A stretch of DNA of 64,000 nt. Source: Erysipelothrix sp. (lineage in GTDB: Bacteria; Bacillota_I; Bacilli_A; Erysipelotrichales; Erysipelotrichaceae). Made by a program: the position numbers and the translations under genes. The notes under the pieces were generated by a model. The model was not told where the DNA came from and searched no databases. It worked only from the letters and a program-made list of their open reading frames with translations. This document shows, piece by piece, positions 1-10,952 of the stretch; within the stretch, counting starts at the first letter, position 1; every line of letters begins with the position of its first letter. Location: positions 5,151 through 69,150 of the forward strand of contig DUUI01000043.1 in NCBI GenBank assembly GCA_012841625.1, read 5' to 3'.

Positions 1-2
1 AA

Positions 3-116
3 GACTTTAAAGAAGCAATACTCTTAGGTCAACAATTAGCCAAAGAATCAACATTAGTCATAACCGGTTCTTTATACTTTATAAGTGAGGTACGAGATGG
101 ATACAATTTGGATTAG
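3..116 (+). CDS. folC: 3' end of a folylpolyglutamate synthase-type (Mur ligase family) gene; partial, begins upstream of the window
   Basis: Frame 3 reads ...STLVITGSLYFISEVRDGYNLD* with stop TAG at 114-116. The ITGSLYxxxEVR tail is typical of FolC C-termini. Confidence 0.5.
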   Translation, partial: DFKEAILLGQQLAKESTLVITGSLYFISEVRDGYNLD

Positions 117-909
117 TCAAGTAATCATCGGAGTCGTCTTGGCTCTATTAGGAGTCTATGTTTTTAAAAGATACCCATTCGAGCTATCAACCAAAACAAT
201 GGTCCAAGTAGCTCTATTAATGGTCATCGCCGTTTTATTAGGCTCATGGTTTAAACTAGACTTACCACTGCTAGGACCAAACAGCTTTGAAATAAAATTT
301 GATACCCTACCAATCATGTTCATTGGAATCCTATTTGGACCAGGCTGGGGTTTTATTGCCGGCTTTATGGTCGACATGATTCAATTACTCTTAGCACCAA
401 CCGCCTTTCCATTCCTAGGATTTACCTTTAACTTAGTACTCACAGGAGTCGTCGCAGGAATAACATTCAAACAACCAAAACCATCTAATTTAAATCTATA
501 TACCCGCTTTACACAATCAATCGTTCTAATCATGCTAGTCATCTCTGTTGGCCTTGTCATCTTTGTCGATCAGTTTAGAGTCAGCGGCGAAATGATTCAA
601 TTAGAATTTTGGACAAAACTCTTAGTCAGCATAGGATTAATGATTGTCGGAATTTTACTCGTCATAATTGTTGAAAAAACAAAAGACTCAACCTTTAGTT
701 CACGATACATGAGAGTCGTCATTTTATGTGAAATTGTTATTCAAATGATTTTAACATCACTCTGGTTAACAATCTTATTCAATATCCCATTCTGGTTATC
801 ACTAATCCCACGAGTCATTGAAGGAATCTTCATGATATTGATACTCCACGGCGTTGGTTTAATGCTAGCAAAAGGTGTCTTTAATCAAGAGCTATTTAAG
901 AATAATTAG
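97..909 (+). CDS. Polytopic membrane protein, ECF-transporter S-component-like (possible folate uptake component given its linkage to folC)
   Basis: About 8 hydrophobic segments. The LPIMFIGILFGPGWGFIAGFMVDMIQ motif resembles ECF S components. ATG 97 follows GAGG (88-91); the track start GTG 85 is the alternative. The gene overlaps the folC 3' end. Confidence 0.4.
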   Translation: MDTIWISQVIIGVVLALLGVYVFKRYPFELSTKTMVQVALLMVIAVLLGSWFKLDLPLLGPNSFEIKFDTLPIMFIGILFGPGWGFIAGFMVDMIQLLLAPTAFPFLGFTFNLVLTGVVAGITFKQPKPSNLNLYTRFTQSIVLIMLVISVGLVIFVDQFRVSGEMIQLEFWTKLLVSIGLMIVGILLVIIVEKTKDSTFSSRYMRVVILCEIVIQMILTSLWLTILFNIPFWLSLIPRVIEGIFMILILHGVGLMLAKGVFNQELFKNN

Positions 910-936
910 TCATAAAATGTATAGAGTTTGTTAAGA

Positions 937-969
937 AAGGCTTGATTTGATAGAAAAGAAAGCCTTTTC
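937..969 (+). terminator. Rho-independent terminator after the S-component-like gene
   Basis: AAGGCTT (937-943) pairs with AAGCCTT (960-966), followed by TT. Confidence 0.5.
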
Positions 970-971
970 AT

Positions 972-979
972 TGTATAAT
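972..979 (+). promoter_or_regulatory. Extended -10 element (TGTATAAT) of the glg operon promoter
   Basis: TGTATAAT lies about 33 nt upstream of the glgC ATG. RBS AAAGGAG at 1000-1006. Confidence 0.4.
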
Positions 980-1011
980 GGAATTAACTAAAAAGTGAAA
1001 GGAGTAATTGA

Positions 1012-2136
1012 ATGTTACAACAAGAAATGGTAGCAATGATTCTCGCTGGAGGTCGTGGGACACGACTTCATAATTTAACTGAGAAAGTTGCGAAACCTGC
1101 AGTAAGTTTCGGTGGAAAGTATCGAATTGTTGATTTCGCCTTGAGTAATTGCGCAAACTCTGACGTTGATGTTGTAGGAGTTTTAACGCAATATGAGAGT
1201 ATTTTCTTAAACTCTTATGTTGCATTAGGAGGACGCTGGGGCCTAGACGCCAGAGACTCAGGTGTCTTTGTTTTACCACCACGTGAGAAAGAGGAAGGCT
1301 TTGGTTTATACCGCGGAACAGCCGACGCAATAGGGCAAAACATTGATTTTATCGATCAACAAAACCCTGAGTACGTACTCATTTTATCAGGAGATCATAT
1401 CTACAAAATGGATTATTCTTGGATGTTAGCTGAACACAAAAAATCCAAAGCAGAAGCAACCATTGCGGTATTAGAAGTACCACTAAAAGAAGCTTCAAGA
1501 TTTGGGATTATGAACACAGATGAGAATGACCGAATAATTGAATTTGAAGAGAAACCACCAAAACCCAAAAGTAATTTGGCATCAATGGGAATTTACATCT
1601 TTAATTGGCAATCATTGCGCAAAGCACTAATTGCCGATGAAAGAAAAGAAGACTCAAGTCACGACTTTGGAAAGGACATCATTCCATCATTCTTAAATGA
1701 AGGCAAGAAGCTTCAAGCCTATCGTTTCCAAGGGTATTGGAAAGATGTAGGAACAATAGATTCACTTTGGGAAGCAAATATGGATTTATTAGACCCTAAG
1801 AGCGGCATCAATATACGTGATGAAGACTGGAAGATTTACACAGAAGACAAAACTCTTCCACCACATGTCATTACAGAAACTGGTCGCATTAAATCAGCAC
1901 TCGTAAACCAAGGAAGTGTTGTTGCCGGTTCAGTTGAACATTCTGTTATTTTTAATGGAGTAGAAATTGAGGAAGGTGCAGTTGTCAAAGATTCAGTTAT
2001 CTTAGCCAATGTAACCATCAAAAAAGGCGCTAAAATTAATCGTTGCATCATTATGGAAGATTTAACGATACCAGAAGGTGACTACGGTTCACCTAAATCA
2101 GATAATATTGAATTAATCAGTGAGGGAGGCAAATAA
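1012..2136 (+). CDS. glgC: Glucose-1-phosphate adenylyltransferase, catalytic subunit
   Basis: N-terminal [39 protein letters not shown] signature. 374 aa, with a left-handed beta-helix C-terminus. Confidence 0.92.
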   Translation: MLQQEMVAMILAGGRGTRLHNLTEKVAKPAVSFGGKYRIVDFALSNCANSDVDVVGVLTQYESIFLNSYVALGGRWGLDARDSGVFVLPPREKEEGFGLYRGTADAIGQNIDFIDQQNPEYVLILSGDHIYKMDYSWMLAEHKKSKAEATIAVLEVPLKEASRFGIMNTDENDRIIEFEEKPPKPKSNLASMGIYIFNWQSLRKALIADERKEDSSHDFGKDIIPSFLNEGKKLQAYRFQGYWKDVGTIDSLWEANMDLLDPKSGINIRDEDWKIYTEDKTLPPHVITETGRIKSALVNQGSVVAGSVEHSVIFNGVEIEEGAVVKDSVILANVTIKKGAKINRCIIMEDLTIPEGDYGSPKSDNIELISEGGK

Positions 2137-3248
2137 TGGCACGCGCAATGGGAATTGTTGCCTTTGAAGGCGATAATATTTATGTCGAAGGACTCAGTAA
2201 ACATCGTCCATTTATGTCCATATCATTTTTAGGGCGTTATCGTTTGATTGACTTTGCGATATCAAATTTCACAAATTCAAAGGTAGACGATATTCATATT
2301 TATGTAAAAGAAAAACCACGCTCAGTCTATGAGCATGTCGGAACAGGACGTCACTATAATGTAAACTCTAAACATGGACGCTTAAGAGTAATGTATGGTG
2401 AAGAAGAAATGTCCTCAGCTGTCTATAACACTGATATACGCGCTTATCTTCAAAATGAAAGCTTCATTTGGGAAAATAAGAATGAGTATGTCATCATCGC
2501 ACCAACCCATTTTGTTTATTTGCAAAACTTTACAGAAGTTATGGATAAACACATTGAATCAGGCGCCGATGTCACAGTTTTATACAAGAGCAGCAAAAAC
2601 GCCAAAGATGAATTTGTCGGAGCAGACACGCTAACTCTAGATCGCTCAAAACGAATCACTGGATTTGGTGTCAATCGCGGACAAGCCAATCAACGCAATG
2701 TATCTCTTGAATGCTATGTCATGAAGAAAACTACATTCTTTGAATTATTAAGGAAAGCAGAACAAACAAGCGCTATCTACTGGTTCAAAGACATTCTTGA
2801 GGAGTCAGTCTATGACTATAAGATGCAAGCCTATCAAGTAGGCGGTCAAGTATTAAGCGTAACCGATCTAAAATCTTACTACAATACACATATGGCACTC
2901 TTAGATCCAAAACGCTCAGACTTATTCAATACGAATTGGCCAATCTATACTCGAACCAATGACTCACCTCCAACAATTTACACAGAAACAGCCAATGTGA
3001 CTCAATCATCCATTGCCAACGGAACAGTCATTAAAGGTAAAGTCATAAACTCAGTTGTAGGCCGTAATGTTATTGTTGAACCAGGAGCCATTGTTGAAGA
3101 CAGCATCATCTTACCAAGTGCATATATTGGAGTAGGTGTTCATGTTAAATCAACAATTGTCGACCGTCATGTTCGAGTTGAAAAAACGAAAGAATTAAAC
3201 GGAACAAAGGACAACCCAATTTATATTAATCGACACGATAAAATTTAA
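2136..3248 (+). CDS. glgD: Glucose-1-phosphate adenylyltransferase, GlgD regulatory subunit
   Basis: GlgC paralog lacking the GGxGxR loop (SFLGRYRLIDFAISN). ATG overlaps the glgC stop (TAATG). This is the typical Firmicute glgC-glgD pair. Confidence 0.85.
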   Translation: MARAMGIVAFEGDNIYVEGLSKHRPFMSISFLGRYRLIDFAISNFTNSKVDDIHIYVKEKPRSVYEHVGTGRHYNVNSKHGRLRVMYGEEEMSSAVYNTDIRAYLQNESFIWENKNEYVIIAPTHFVYLQNFTEVMDKHIESGADVTVLYKSSKNAKDEFVGADTLTLDRSKRITGFGVNRGQANQRNVSLECYVMKKTTFFELLRKAEQTSAIYWFKDILEESVYDYKMQAYQVGGQVLSVTDLKSYYNTHMALLDPKRSDLFNTNWPIYTRTNDSPPTIYTETANVTQSSIANGTVIKGKVINSVVGRNVIVEPGAIVEDSIILPSAYIGVGVHVKSTIVDRHVRVEKTKELNGTKDNPIYINRHDKI

Positions 3249-3256
3249 GGAGGCCT

Positions 3257-4687
3257 ATGGAAAAGATATTATTTGTTGCAGCTGAAGGTCTACCCTATAT
3301 TAAATCAGGTGGATTAGCAGATGTTATTGGCTCACTTCCACAAGCAATTCTAAAGAAAGGCTACGATGTCAGAGTCGTTTTGCCTCTGTACAATAAAATC
3401 ATCGACAAATTTTTCGATGAATTAAAACTTGAAACATCCTTTAGAATGAAAGTAGCCAGCTTTGACCAACCAGTCCGAATATTCTCACATGTTTCAAAAG
3501 GTGTGACCTTCTACTTTGTAGAAAATCAAGGCTATTTTGAAAGAGACGGAATGTATGGTTATAGCGATGATGGCGAACGCTATGCATTTTTCCAACACGT
3601 AGTTTATTTTATGATGAATGATTTGAAATATTACCCAGACATTATTCATTCTCATGATTGGCATTCCGGAATGATGGCCGTTCTAGGACGTCACAAATAC
3701 GGACTACAGAATAAAGAAATTGCGAAAGCTAGACATTACTTTACAATTCACAACCTATTATTCCAGGGGAATTTTCCAAGCAGTTTAATTGTTGATCAAT
3801 TTGATTTGCCATATTCACTCTATGAAGATGGTTCCCTAAGATTCCATGACGGTTTATCATTTATGAAAGCAGCAATTGTCTACAGCGATAAGATTAATAC
3901 AGTATCAAATACTTATGCACATGAAATTTTAGGTGAAGCATTTGGTGAAGGGATGCAAGACATCTTACGCTTACGTGAACATGATTTATGGGGTATTGTT
4001 AACGGAATTGATATCGAATCTCAAAACCCTGAAACTGACACAACAATTGCTCAAAACTATACCGTTAAAACATTGACTCAGAAAGAAAAAAATAAACTTG
4101 ATCTTCAAAAACAATTAGGATTAAGAGTTTCAAAAGATGTTTGTCTAGTCGGAATGGTATCACGATTAAGCTTCCAAAAAGGAGTACAACTAATCCTTCT
4201 AAAACTTAAAGACATCATGGGCTTAGATATTCAGTTAGTCATTTTAGGTACTGGGGAACAACAATATGAGTATGATTTAAGACAATCAGAAAATATGTAC
4301 AAACGTCGCATGGTCTACTATGGTGGATATTCAGATGAAATATCACGCAAAATTTATGCGGGAGCTGACATCTTCTTAATGCCATCATTATTTGAACCTT
4401 GTGGAATCTCGCAATTAATTTCAATGAGATACGGAACTCTACCAGTTGTAAGAGAAACAGGTGGTTTAAAGGATACTGTAATTCCTTATAACCAATACGA
4501 TAAGACAGGAACCGGATTTACATTTAGACATTTTAATGAAGAAGATTTCTACTATGTCTTACGCCAAGCTGTGGATCTCTATTATGAGAACCCAACAGAC
4601 TTCAAGGCATTACAGAAAAATGCTATGGCAATTGATGTGTCTTGGGACAAATCAGCTGACCTATACATTCAAATGTACAATGCTTAG
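3257..4687 (+). CDS. glgA: Glycogen synthase (ADP-glucose type)
   Basis: The N-terminus reads ILFVAAEGLPYIKSGGLADVIGSLP, matching the KSGGL motif. The C-terminal GT1 motif is PSLFEPCGISQL. 476 aa. Confidence 0.92.
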   Translation: MEKILFVAAEGLPYIKSGGLADVIGSLPQAILKKGYDVRVVLPLYNKIIDKFFDELKLETSFRMKVASFDQPVRIFSHVSKGVTFYFVENQGYFERDGMYGYSDDGERYAFFQHVVYFMMNDLKYYPDIIHSHDWHSGMMAVLGRHKYGLQNKEIAKARHYFTIHNLLFQGNFPSSLIVDQFDLPYSLYEDGSLRFHDGLSFMKAAIVYSDKINTVSNTYAHEILGEAFGEGMQDILRLREHDLWGIVNGIDIESQNPETDTTIAQNYTVKTLTQKEKNKLDLQKQLGLRVSKDVCLVGMVSRLSFQKGVQLILLKLKDIMGLDIQLVILGTGEQQYEYDLRQSENMYKRRMVYYGGYSDEISRKIYAGADIFLMPSLFEPCGISQLISMRYGTLPVVRETGGLKDTVIPYNQYDKTGTGFTFRHFNEEDFYYVLRQAVDLYYENPTDFKALQKNAMAIDVSWDKSADLYIQMYNA

Positions 4688-4692
4688 ACTAA

Positions 4693-4716
4693 GGGTCACA
4701 GATGTGACCCTTTTCT
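4693..4716 (+). terminator. glg operon terminator
   Basis: GGGTCACA-GA-TGTGACCC hairpin (4693-4710) followed by TTTTCT. Confidence 0.75.
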
Positions 4717-4720
4717 ATTG

Positions 4721-4734
4721 TGTGACCGTTTTCA
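4721..4734 (+). promoter_or_regulatory. Candidate catabolite-responsive element (cre, CcpA site) upstream of pgk
   Basis: TGTGACCGTTTTCA fits TGWNANCGNTNWCA at every constrained position. It lies about 57 nt upstream of the pgk extended -10. Confidence 0.4.
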
Positions 4735-4787
4735 TTTGAGCAAACAATCACATAATACTTAAATCAATGTAAAAGTGACCTTATTAA

Positions 4788-4796
4788 TGTTATAAT
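4788..4796 (+). promoter_or_regulatory. Extended -10 (TGTTATAAT) of the pgk-tpiA-eno promoter
   Basis: TGnTATAAT lies 27 nt upstream of the pgk ATG. RBS GAGGAGG at 4809-4815. Confidence 0.45.
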
Positions 4797-4822
4797 AAAC
4801 ACGAAAAAGAGGAGGAAATTTA

Positions 4823-6022
4823 ATGAGTAAACAAACAGTCCGCGATATCGATGTTGCAGGCAAAAAAGTCTTGGTTAGAGTTGATTTCAACGTCCCGCTC
4901 AAGGACGGTGAAGTGGCGGACGACAACAGAATTAATGCAGCTTTACCAACAATTAATTATTTATTAGAACAGAATGCGAAAATCATTCTTTTATCGCATC
5001 TAGGCAAGGTTGACCATAAAGATCCTCAAAAAACAGAGAGTGATAAGGCTAAGAATAACATGGAACCAGTCGCTGGTAAACTTCAAGAGAAGGTTGATGC
5101 TAAGGTTCATTTTTCGCCAGTTACTCGTGGGCAAGAACTTGATGATGCAGTCGCAGCTTTAAAGGATGGGGAAATATTAGTTGTTCAAAACACACGCTAT
5201 GAAGCGGGTGAAAGCAAAAACGATCCTGAATTAGCGAAGTACTGGGCATCACTTGCGGATGTTTATGTCTCAGATGCATTTGGAAGTGTTCATAGAGCAC
5301 ATGCCTCAACAGTTGGAGTCGCAGATTATTTAGACAGTGCCTCAGGTTTCTTGGTTCAAAAAGAAATTGACGCATTATCAACCGCTTTAGATAATCCAGA
5401 GCGTCCATTTGTTGCCATCTTAGGCGGAGCAAAAGTTTCTGATAAGATTGGACTCATTGAACATCTACTAGATATTGCTGATAAAGTAATTATTGGTGGT
5501 GGAATGGCTTATACATTCTATAAAGCTCAAGGACATGAAGTAGGAACGTCATTACTCGAAGCAGACAAAGTAGAAATCGCCAAAGAAATCATGGAAAAAG
5601 GAAAAGACAAACTTGTCCTGCCTGTTGATACTGTGGTAGCTAAAGAATTCAATGAAACATCTGATTCAAAAACTGTGAAGGCCTCAGAAATTCCAGCTGA
5701 TTATATGGGATTAGACATTGGTCCAGAAACAATTAAATTATTCAGAAAAGAACTTGAAGGTGCCAAGACAGTTGTTTGGAATGGCCCTATGGGCGTCTTT
5801 GAAATGGACAAATTTGCGAATGGAACATTAGAAGTTGCTAAAGCAATTGTTGAACTGCCTAATGCTAATACAATTATTGGTGGTGGTGATTCAGCAGCAG
5901 CAGCAATCAAATTAGGTTTCAAGGATGACTTTACACACATCTCTACCGGAGGCGGAGCATCAATGGAATTCTTAGAAGGAAAAGAATTACCTGGTGTCGC
6001 TGCCATTAAAGAAAGGAAATAA
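4823..6022 (+). CDS. pgk: Phosphoglycerate kinase
   Basis: [10 protein letters not shown] and [21 protein letters not shown] signatures. 399 aa. Confidence 0.95.
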   Translation: MSKQTVRDIDVAGKKVLVRVDFNVPLKDGEVADDNRINAALPTINYLLEQNAKIILLSHLGKVDHKDPQKTESDKAKNNMEPVAGKLQEKVDAKVHFSPVTRGQELDDAVAALKDGEILVVQNTRYEAGESKNDPELAKYWASLADVYVSDAFGSVHRAHASTVGVADYLDSASGFLVQKEIDALSTALDNPERPFVAILGGAKVSDKIGLIEHLLDIADKVIIGGGMAYTFYKAQGHEVGTSLLEADKVEIAKEIMEKGKDKLVLPVDTVVAKEFNETSDSKTVKASEIPADYMGLDIGPETIKLFRKELEGAKTVVWNGPMGVFEMDKFANGTLEVAKAIVELPNANTIIGGGDSAAAAIKLGFKDDFTHISTGGGASMEFLEGKELPGVAAIKERK

Positions 6023-6028
6023 TAAATT

Positions 6029-6769
6029 ATGCGCAAACCAATTATTGTTGGGAACTGGAAAATGAACAAACGTTCACAAGATGCAATGGAATTCGTAAAA
6101 GAAGTTGACTCAAAACTTCATGATGGAGCAGACTTCGGTATCGCTCCAGCATTCACTGCACTTTGGGCGGCTCAAAATGAAGCAGAAAACTTAATAGTTG
6201 CTGCACAAAATGTTCACTTTGAAGAAAGTGGAGCATTCACTGGTGAAGTCTCAATTGACATGATTAAAGAACTAGGTGTCAAATGGGTAATCTTGGGACA
6301 CAGTGAAAGACGTCAGTATTTCAATGAAACAGATGAAACTGTTAATAAGAAAGTCAAAGCTTGTTTAGCTAATGACATTACTCCAATCGTATGTGTTGGA
6401 GAAACATTAGAGGAGTTTGAAGCTGGACAAACAGAAGCAGTCGTTCGTCGTCAAACAAGAGACTGCTTAGCAGATCTTGAGGGCGATGTTAAACATGTGG
6501 TCGTTGCTTATGAACCTGTATGGGCAATTGGTACTGGAAAATCAGCAACAACTGAAATTGCACAAAATACATGTGCCTTAATTCGTGATGAATTAAAAAA
6601 TGTATTGGGCGAAGAAGCTGCTCAAGCAATTCGAATCCAATATGGTGGTAGTGTTAAACCAAATAACATTGCTGAATACTTATCTCAACCAGATGTTGAT
6701 GGAGCCTTAGTAGGCGGAGCTTCACTGAAGGTTGATTCATTCTTAGAACTAGTTAACGCAGTTAAATAA
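6029..6769 (+). CDS. tpiA: Triosephosphate isomerase
   Basis: PIIVGNWKMN, ILGHSERR, AYEPVWAIGTG and GGASL motifs. 246 aa. Confidence 0.95.
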   Translation: MRKPIIVGNWKMNKRSQDAMEFVKEVDSKLHDGADFGIAPAFTALWAAQNEAENLIVAAQNVHFEESGAFTGEVSIDMIKELGVKWVILGHSERRQYFNETDETVNKKVKACLANDITPIVCVGETLEEFEAGQTEAVVRRQTRDCLADLEGDVKHVVVAYEPVWAIGTGKSATTEIAQNTCALIRDELKNVLGEEAAQAIRIQYGGSVKPNNIAEYLSQPDVDGALVGGASLKVDSFLELVNAVK

Positions 6770-6792
6770 ACATAAAAGGAGGAAATATTTAA

Positions 6793-8082
<1,290 letters not shown>

Positions 8083-8094
8083 GTATTAAACAAT

Positions 8095-8131
8095 AGGACA
8101 TTTGGTAAAACACCGGATGTCCTCTTTTTTA
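8095..8131 (+). terminator. Terminator after eno
   Basis: AGGACAT (8095-8101) pairs with ATGTCCT (8117-8123), then CTTTTTTAT. Confidence 0.7.
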
Positions 8132-8234
8132 TTTATTTGTGAAAATCAATCGATAATAAACAAATGATAATTTATGTTGCATTTACAATAAACGTTGTTA
8201 TAATTATAACAAGTACATAAGGAAGGAGATATGT

Positions 8235-10181
8235 ATGAAAAAATTTAAGACTTTATTTACTTTGGCGCTGTTATCGTTTGTAATGATGGCATGTAGCCAA
8301 CCCGCCGACCAACCTAGTGAAGGAGAAACACCTGCAGAAAGTACTGGCACTTATACTCCAGGTGATTATGAAGTAGAAGCTACTGGCTATGCTGGAACCT
8401 TCAAGGTAGTGGTTTCTTTTGATGAAAACAGTATTACTAAGGTAGAAGTACCTGAACATGGTGAAACTGACGGAATCGGAAGTAATGTTATAAATGATTT
8501 CCCGCAAAGAATTGTTGATGAGCAAACGCTCAATATAGATGCCGTTGTTGGTGCAACCGCAACTTCTGAAGGCTTACTTGCTGCAGTTGCTCAAGCAGTA
8601 ACTGAGGCTGGTGGAGATGCTGAGGCATTGAAATCAAAAGAAGCTGCAACTGGAGATGTTGAAGCCATTGAAGAAACTGCTGATGTAGTAGTTATTGGTG
8701 GTGGCGGTGCTGGTTTATCAGCAGCTGTCTCTGCTGCTCAAGAAGGCGCAACTGTCATTCTTATTGAGAAGACTGGTGCACTTGGTGGAAACACTATCCG
8801 TGCTGGTGGACCGTATAATGCGGTTGACCCAGAGAGACAAGCGGCTGTAGATGCAGCTGACACAAACTCAATGGAAAAAATCAAAGAACTTACTGAAAAA
8901 GAAGCAATGAATCCAGAACATCAAGCGTTAATGGATGAATTAAAGGCTGATATCGAAGAATATGAAGCATCAAATAGTACATCATTATTTGATTCAATTG
9001 CACTTCATAAACTTCAAACTTATGATGGTGGAGACTATACAGGTCATTTAGACCTAATCCAAAAACTAGTAGATGAATCACTTGAAACATCACTATGGAT
9101 GGAAGCTAATGGCGTCGAATGGACAGATGATATTCAAACTGTTCCTGGTGGATTATGGCCACGAGCTCACCTACCTAAGAATGCTGCTGGTGGCGATTAC
9201 ATCGTTGCTGGTCAAACAACAGCTGAAAAACTAGGCGTTGTTATTATGATGAACACAACTGGTGAAGAACTAATTGTTAAAGATGGCCGTGTTGTTGGTG
9301 TTAAAGCAACTCAAGATGGCAATGTCCCTGTAACTTTACATGCAACCAAAGGGGTTGTAATTGCTACTGGTGGATTTGCTGCTAACGTTGAAATGAGATC
9401 AGAATATGATCCAACTTTAGTAGACACACTACCTACAACAAACACTCCAGCTGCTCAAGGTGAAGGTATCAAGATGGCTGAAGTTGTTGATGCTAGTGTA
9501 ATCGGAATGGAATTCATTCAATCACTTCCATTAGGAAATCCAACTGATGGAAGCCTAAATGCATGGATGGGTGGTTCAGGAGTTGAGTACTACTATCAAA
9601 TCAATAAAGAAGGAGAACGTTTCATGGCTGAAGATGGACGCCGTGATACAATGACTCAAGCACTTCTTGCTCAAACTGACGCATTCTCATATGTTATTTC
9701 AGGTGGTAATAACAAGATTGAATTAAATGGTGAAGGCTTTACTATTTGGGGTGACAATATCGATGAATTAGTCGAAAATGGAACTATTTTCAGAGCTGAC
9801 ACTATTGAAGAATTAGCACAACAAATTGGAATCGATCCTGCCGTTCTTAAAGAAACTCATGATCGTTTCAATGGATTTGTTGAAAGCGGATCAGATGAAG
9901 ACTTTGGTCGTACCTTATTTGGCGATCCGATTAACGAAGGTCCATACTTCGCTTCTCCACGTGTACCAACTGTTCACCATACAATGGGTGGTTTAGAAAT
10001 TAACCTAAACAGTGAAGTACTAAACTCTAGTGGTGAAGTTATCGAGGGATTATATGCTGCTGGTGAAGTTACTGGTGGTATCCATGGTAAGAACCGTCTT
10101 GGTGGTAATGCGCTTGTTGATATCCATGTATTTGGACGCGAAGCAGGCAAAAATGCTGCTAACAATGATCCTGTAGAATAA
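8235..10181 (+). CDS. Lipoprotein flavoprotein reductase: N-terminal FMN-binding (ApbE-flavinylated type) domain fused to a flavocytochrome-c-like FAD-dependent fumarate/urocanate-type reductase domain
   Basis: Signal peptide with lipobox (LLSFVMMAC|SQ). FMN_bind-type motif IDAVVGATATSEG. FAD dinucleotide fold DVVVIGGGGAGLSAAVSAAQEGA. C-terminal HHTMGGL...GLYAAGEVTGGIHGxNRLGGNAL. Confidence 0.8.
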   Translation: MKKFKTLFTLALLSFVMMACSQPADQPSEGETPAESTGTYTPGDYEVEATGYAGTFKVVVSFDENSITKVEVPEHGETDGIGSNVINDFPQRIVDEQTLNIDAVVGATATSEGLLAAVAQAVTEAGGDAEALKSKEAATGDVEAIEETADVVVIGGGGAGLSAAVSAAQEGATVILIEKTGALGGNTIRAGGPYNAVDPERQAAVDAADTNSMEKIKELTEKEAMNPEHQALMDELKADIEEYEASNSTSLFDSIALHKLQTYDGGDYTGHLDLIQKLVDESLETSLWMEANGVEWTDDIQTVPGGLWPRAHLPKNAAGGDYIVAGQTTAEKLGVVIMMNTTGEELIVKDGRVVGVKATQDGNVPVTLHATKGVVIATGGFAANVEMRSEYDPTLVDTLPTTNTPAAQGEGIKMAEVVDASVIGMEFIQSLPLGNPTDGSLNAWMGGSGVEYYYQINKEGERFMAEDGRRDTMTQALLAQTDAFSYVISGGNNKIELNGEGFTIWGDNIDELVENGTIFRADTIEELAQQIGIDPAVLKETHDRFNGFVESGSDEDFGRTLFGDPINEGPYFASPRVPTVHHTMGGLEINLNSEVLNSSGEVIEGLYAAGEVTGGIHGKNRLGGNALVDIHVFGREAGKNAANNDPVE

Positions 10182-10200
10182 AAAGAAACAAGATTTATAT

Positions 10201-10237
10201 AAAAAAATAAGTGTGGTTGCATCACACTTATTTTTTG
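10201..10237. terminator. Bidirectional terminator between convergent genes
   Basis: A-run, then ATAAGTGTG (10207-10215) pairing with CACACTTAT (10223-10231), then a T-run. Confidence 0.75.
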
Positions 10238-10273
10238 TTTTATAGGTTAGTATAGTTAGAGTTTTACAATTAT

Positions 10274-10831
10274 TTATCTAAGAGGTGCAAGTGCTTCTGT
10301 CCAAGATACTAGTTGATCTAGCATAATGTTTACACCATCTGTGTGGAGGGCTTGAGGTTTGAAGTTTACAAATCCTTCAAAGTCTGTGAATAAGCTTAGT
10401 CCAACATGTTGTCTTACGTGAGCAATTTGTAGCTCTGATAAAACTGAACGTAATTGTTCAGCTGCACGTGCTCCTAAGAAGCTTCCATAACTGACAATAC
10501 CGGCTGCTTTATTATTAAATTCAGCATAGTATAAATCGAAATAATTCTTTTGAGCGGAAGTCATACCATGGTTATATTCCGGAGTGATGAAGATATATCC
10601 ATCTGCCTCAAGAGTTTTTTCTTGAAGTTCTTTCAGTCTTGCGTACTCTTCTTCATTTCCTTCATATTCTGAGAAACGTTTGTGGAAGATTGGCATATTG
10701 TAGTCTTTTAAATCAATAATAGAATACTCAGCTTTACCATGAGTTTCTCCCATTTCTTTAATCCATTCTCCGACCTGTGGTCCAACGCGTCCGTCACGGA
10801 CTGATCCAATTACGATTGCTATTTTTTTCAT
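10274..10831 (-). CDS. NAD(P)H-dependent FMN reductase family oxidoreductase
   Basis: N-terminus KKIAIVIGSVRDGRVGPQV and the motif FITPEYNHGMTSAQKN are typical of the NADPH-dependent FMN reductase fold. 185 aa. Confidence 0.8.
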   Translation of the reverse strand: MKKIAIVIGSVRDGRVGPQVGEWIKEMGETHGKAEYSIIDLKDYNMPIFHKRFSEYEGNEEEYARLKELQEKTLEADGYIFITPEYNHGMTSAQKNYFDLYYAEFNNKAAGIVSYGSFLGARAAEQLRSVLSELQIAHVRQHVGLSLFTDFEGFVNFKPQALHTDGVNIMLDQLVSWTEALAPLR

Positions 10832-10925
10832 TTCTTTATGTGTCTCCTTTTATCTTGAGTCTCTTTCAACTCGGTATACAAAATATATCATTTCGAATTA
10901 GTAATGTCATGTGATATGCTCACAA

Positions 10926-10952
10926 ATAAAAAAAGAGTGAGAAACCTCACTC
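10926..10952 (-). terminator. Terminator of the nrdDG / small-membrane-protein unit
   Basis: On the minus strand: GAGTGAG-gtttc-CTCACTC followed by TTTTTTT. The hairpin overlaps the stop codon. Confidence 0.7.

Noticed and set aside
156-377. Antisense or shadow ORFs inside well-supported genes. These are 156-377, 968-1330, 1836-2051, 2395-2634, 4239-4424, 5121-5432, 5701-6069, 7182-7379, 7536-7847, 8271-8525, 8890-9093, 9974-10225, 13648-13866, 15527-15985, 16931-17542, 22361-22603, 24084-24926, 31359-31867, 34967-35269, 35531-35743, 36643-36834, 40378-40689, 41919-42533, 43194-43532, 49603-49851, 53118-53345, 54721-56052 and 61661-62143.
   Set aside because: Each lies entirely within, or antisense to, a gene with strong family motifs. 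None has an RBS, and all have low-complexity or atypical composition. They are the usual by-products of AT-rich or codon-biased coding sequence.
8137-8154. Rex operator upstream of the flavoprotein reductase gene.
   Set aside because: Only a TTGTGAA half-site is present. The partner half (TTCACAA after 4 nt) is absent.
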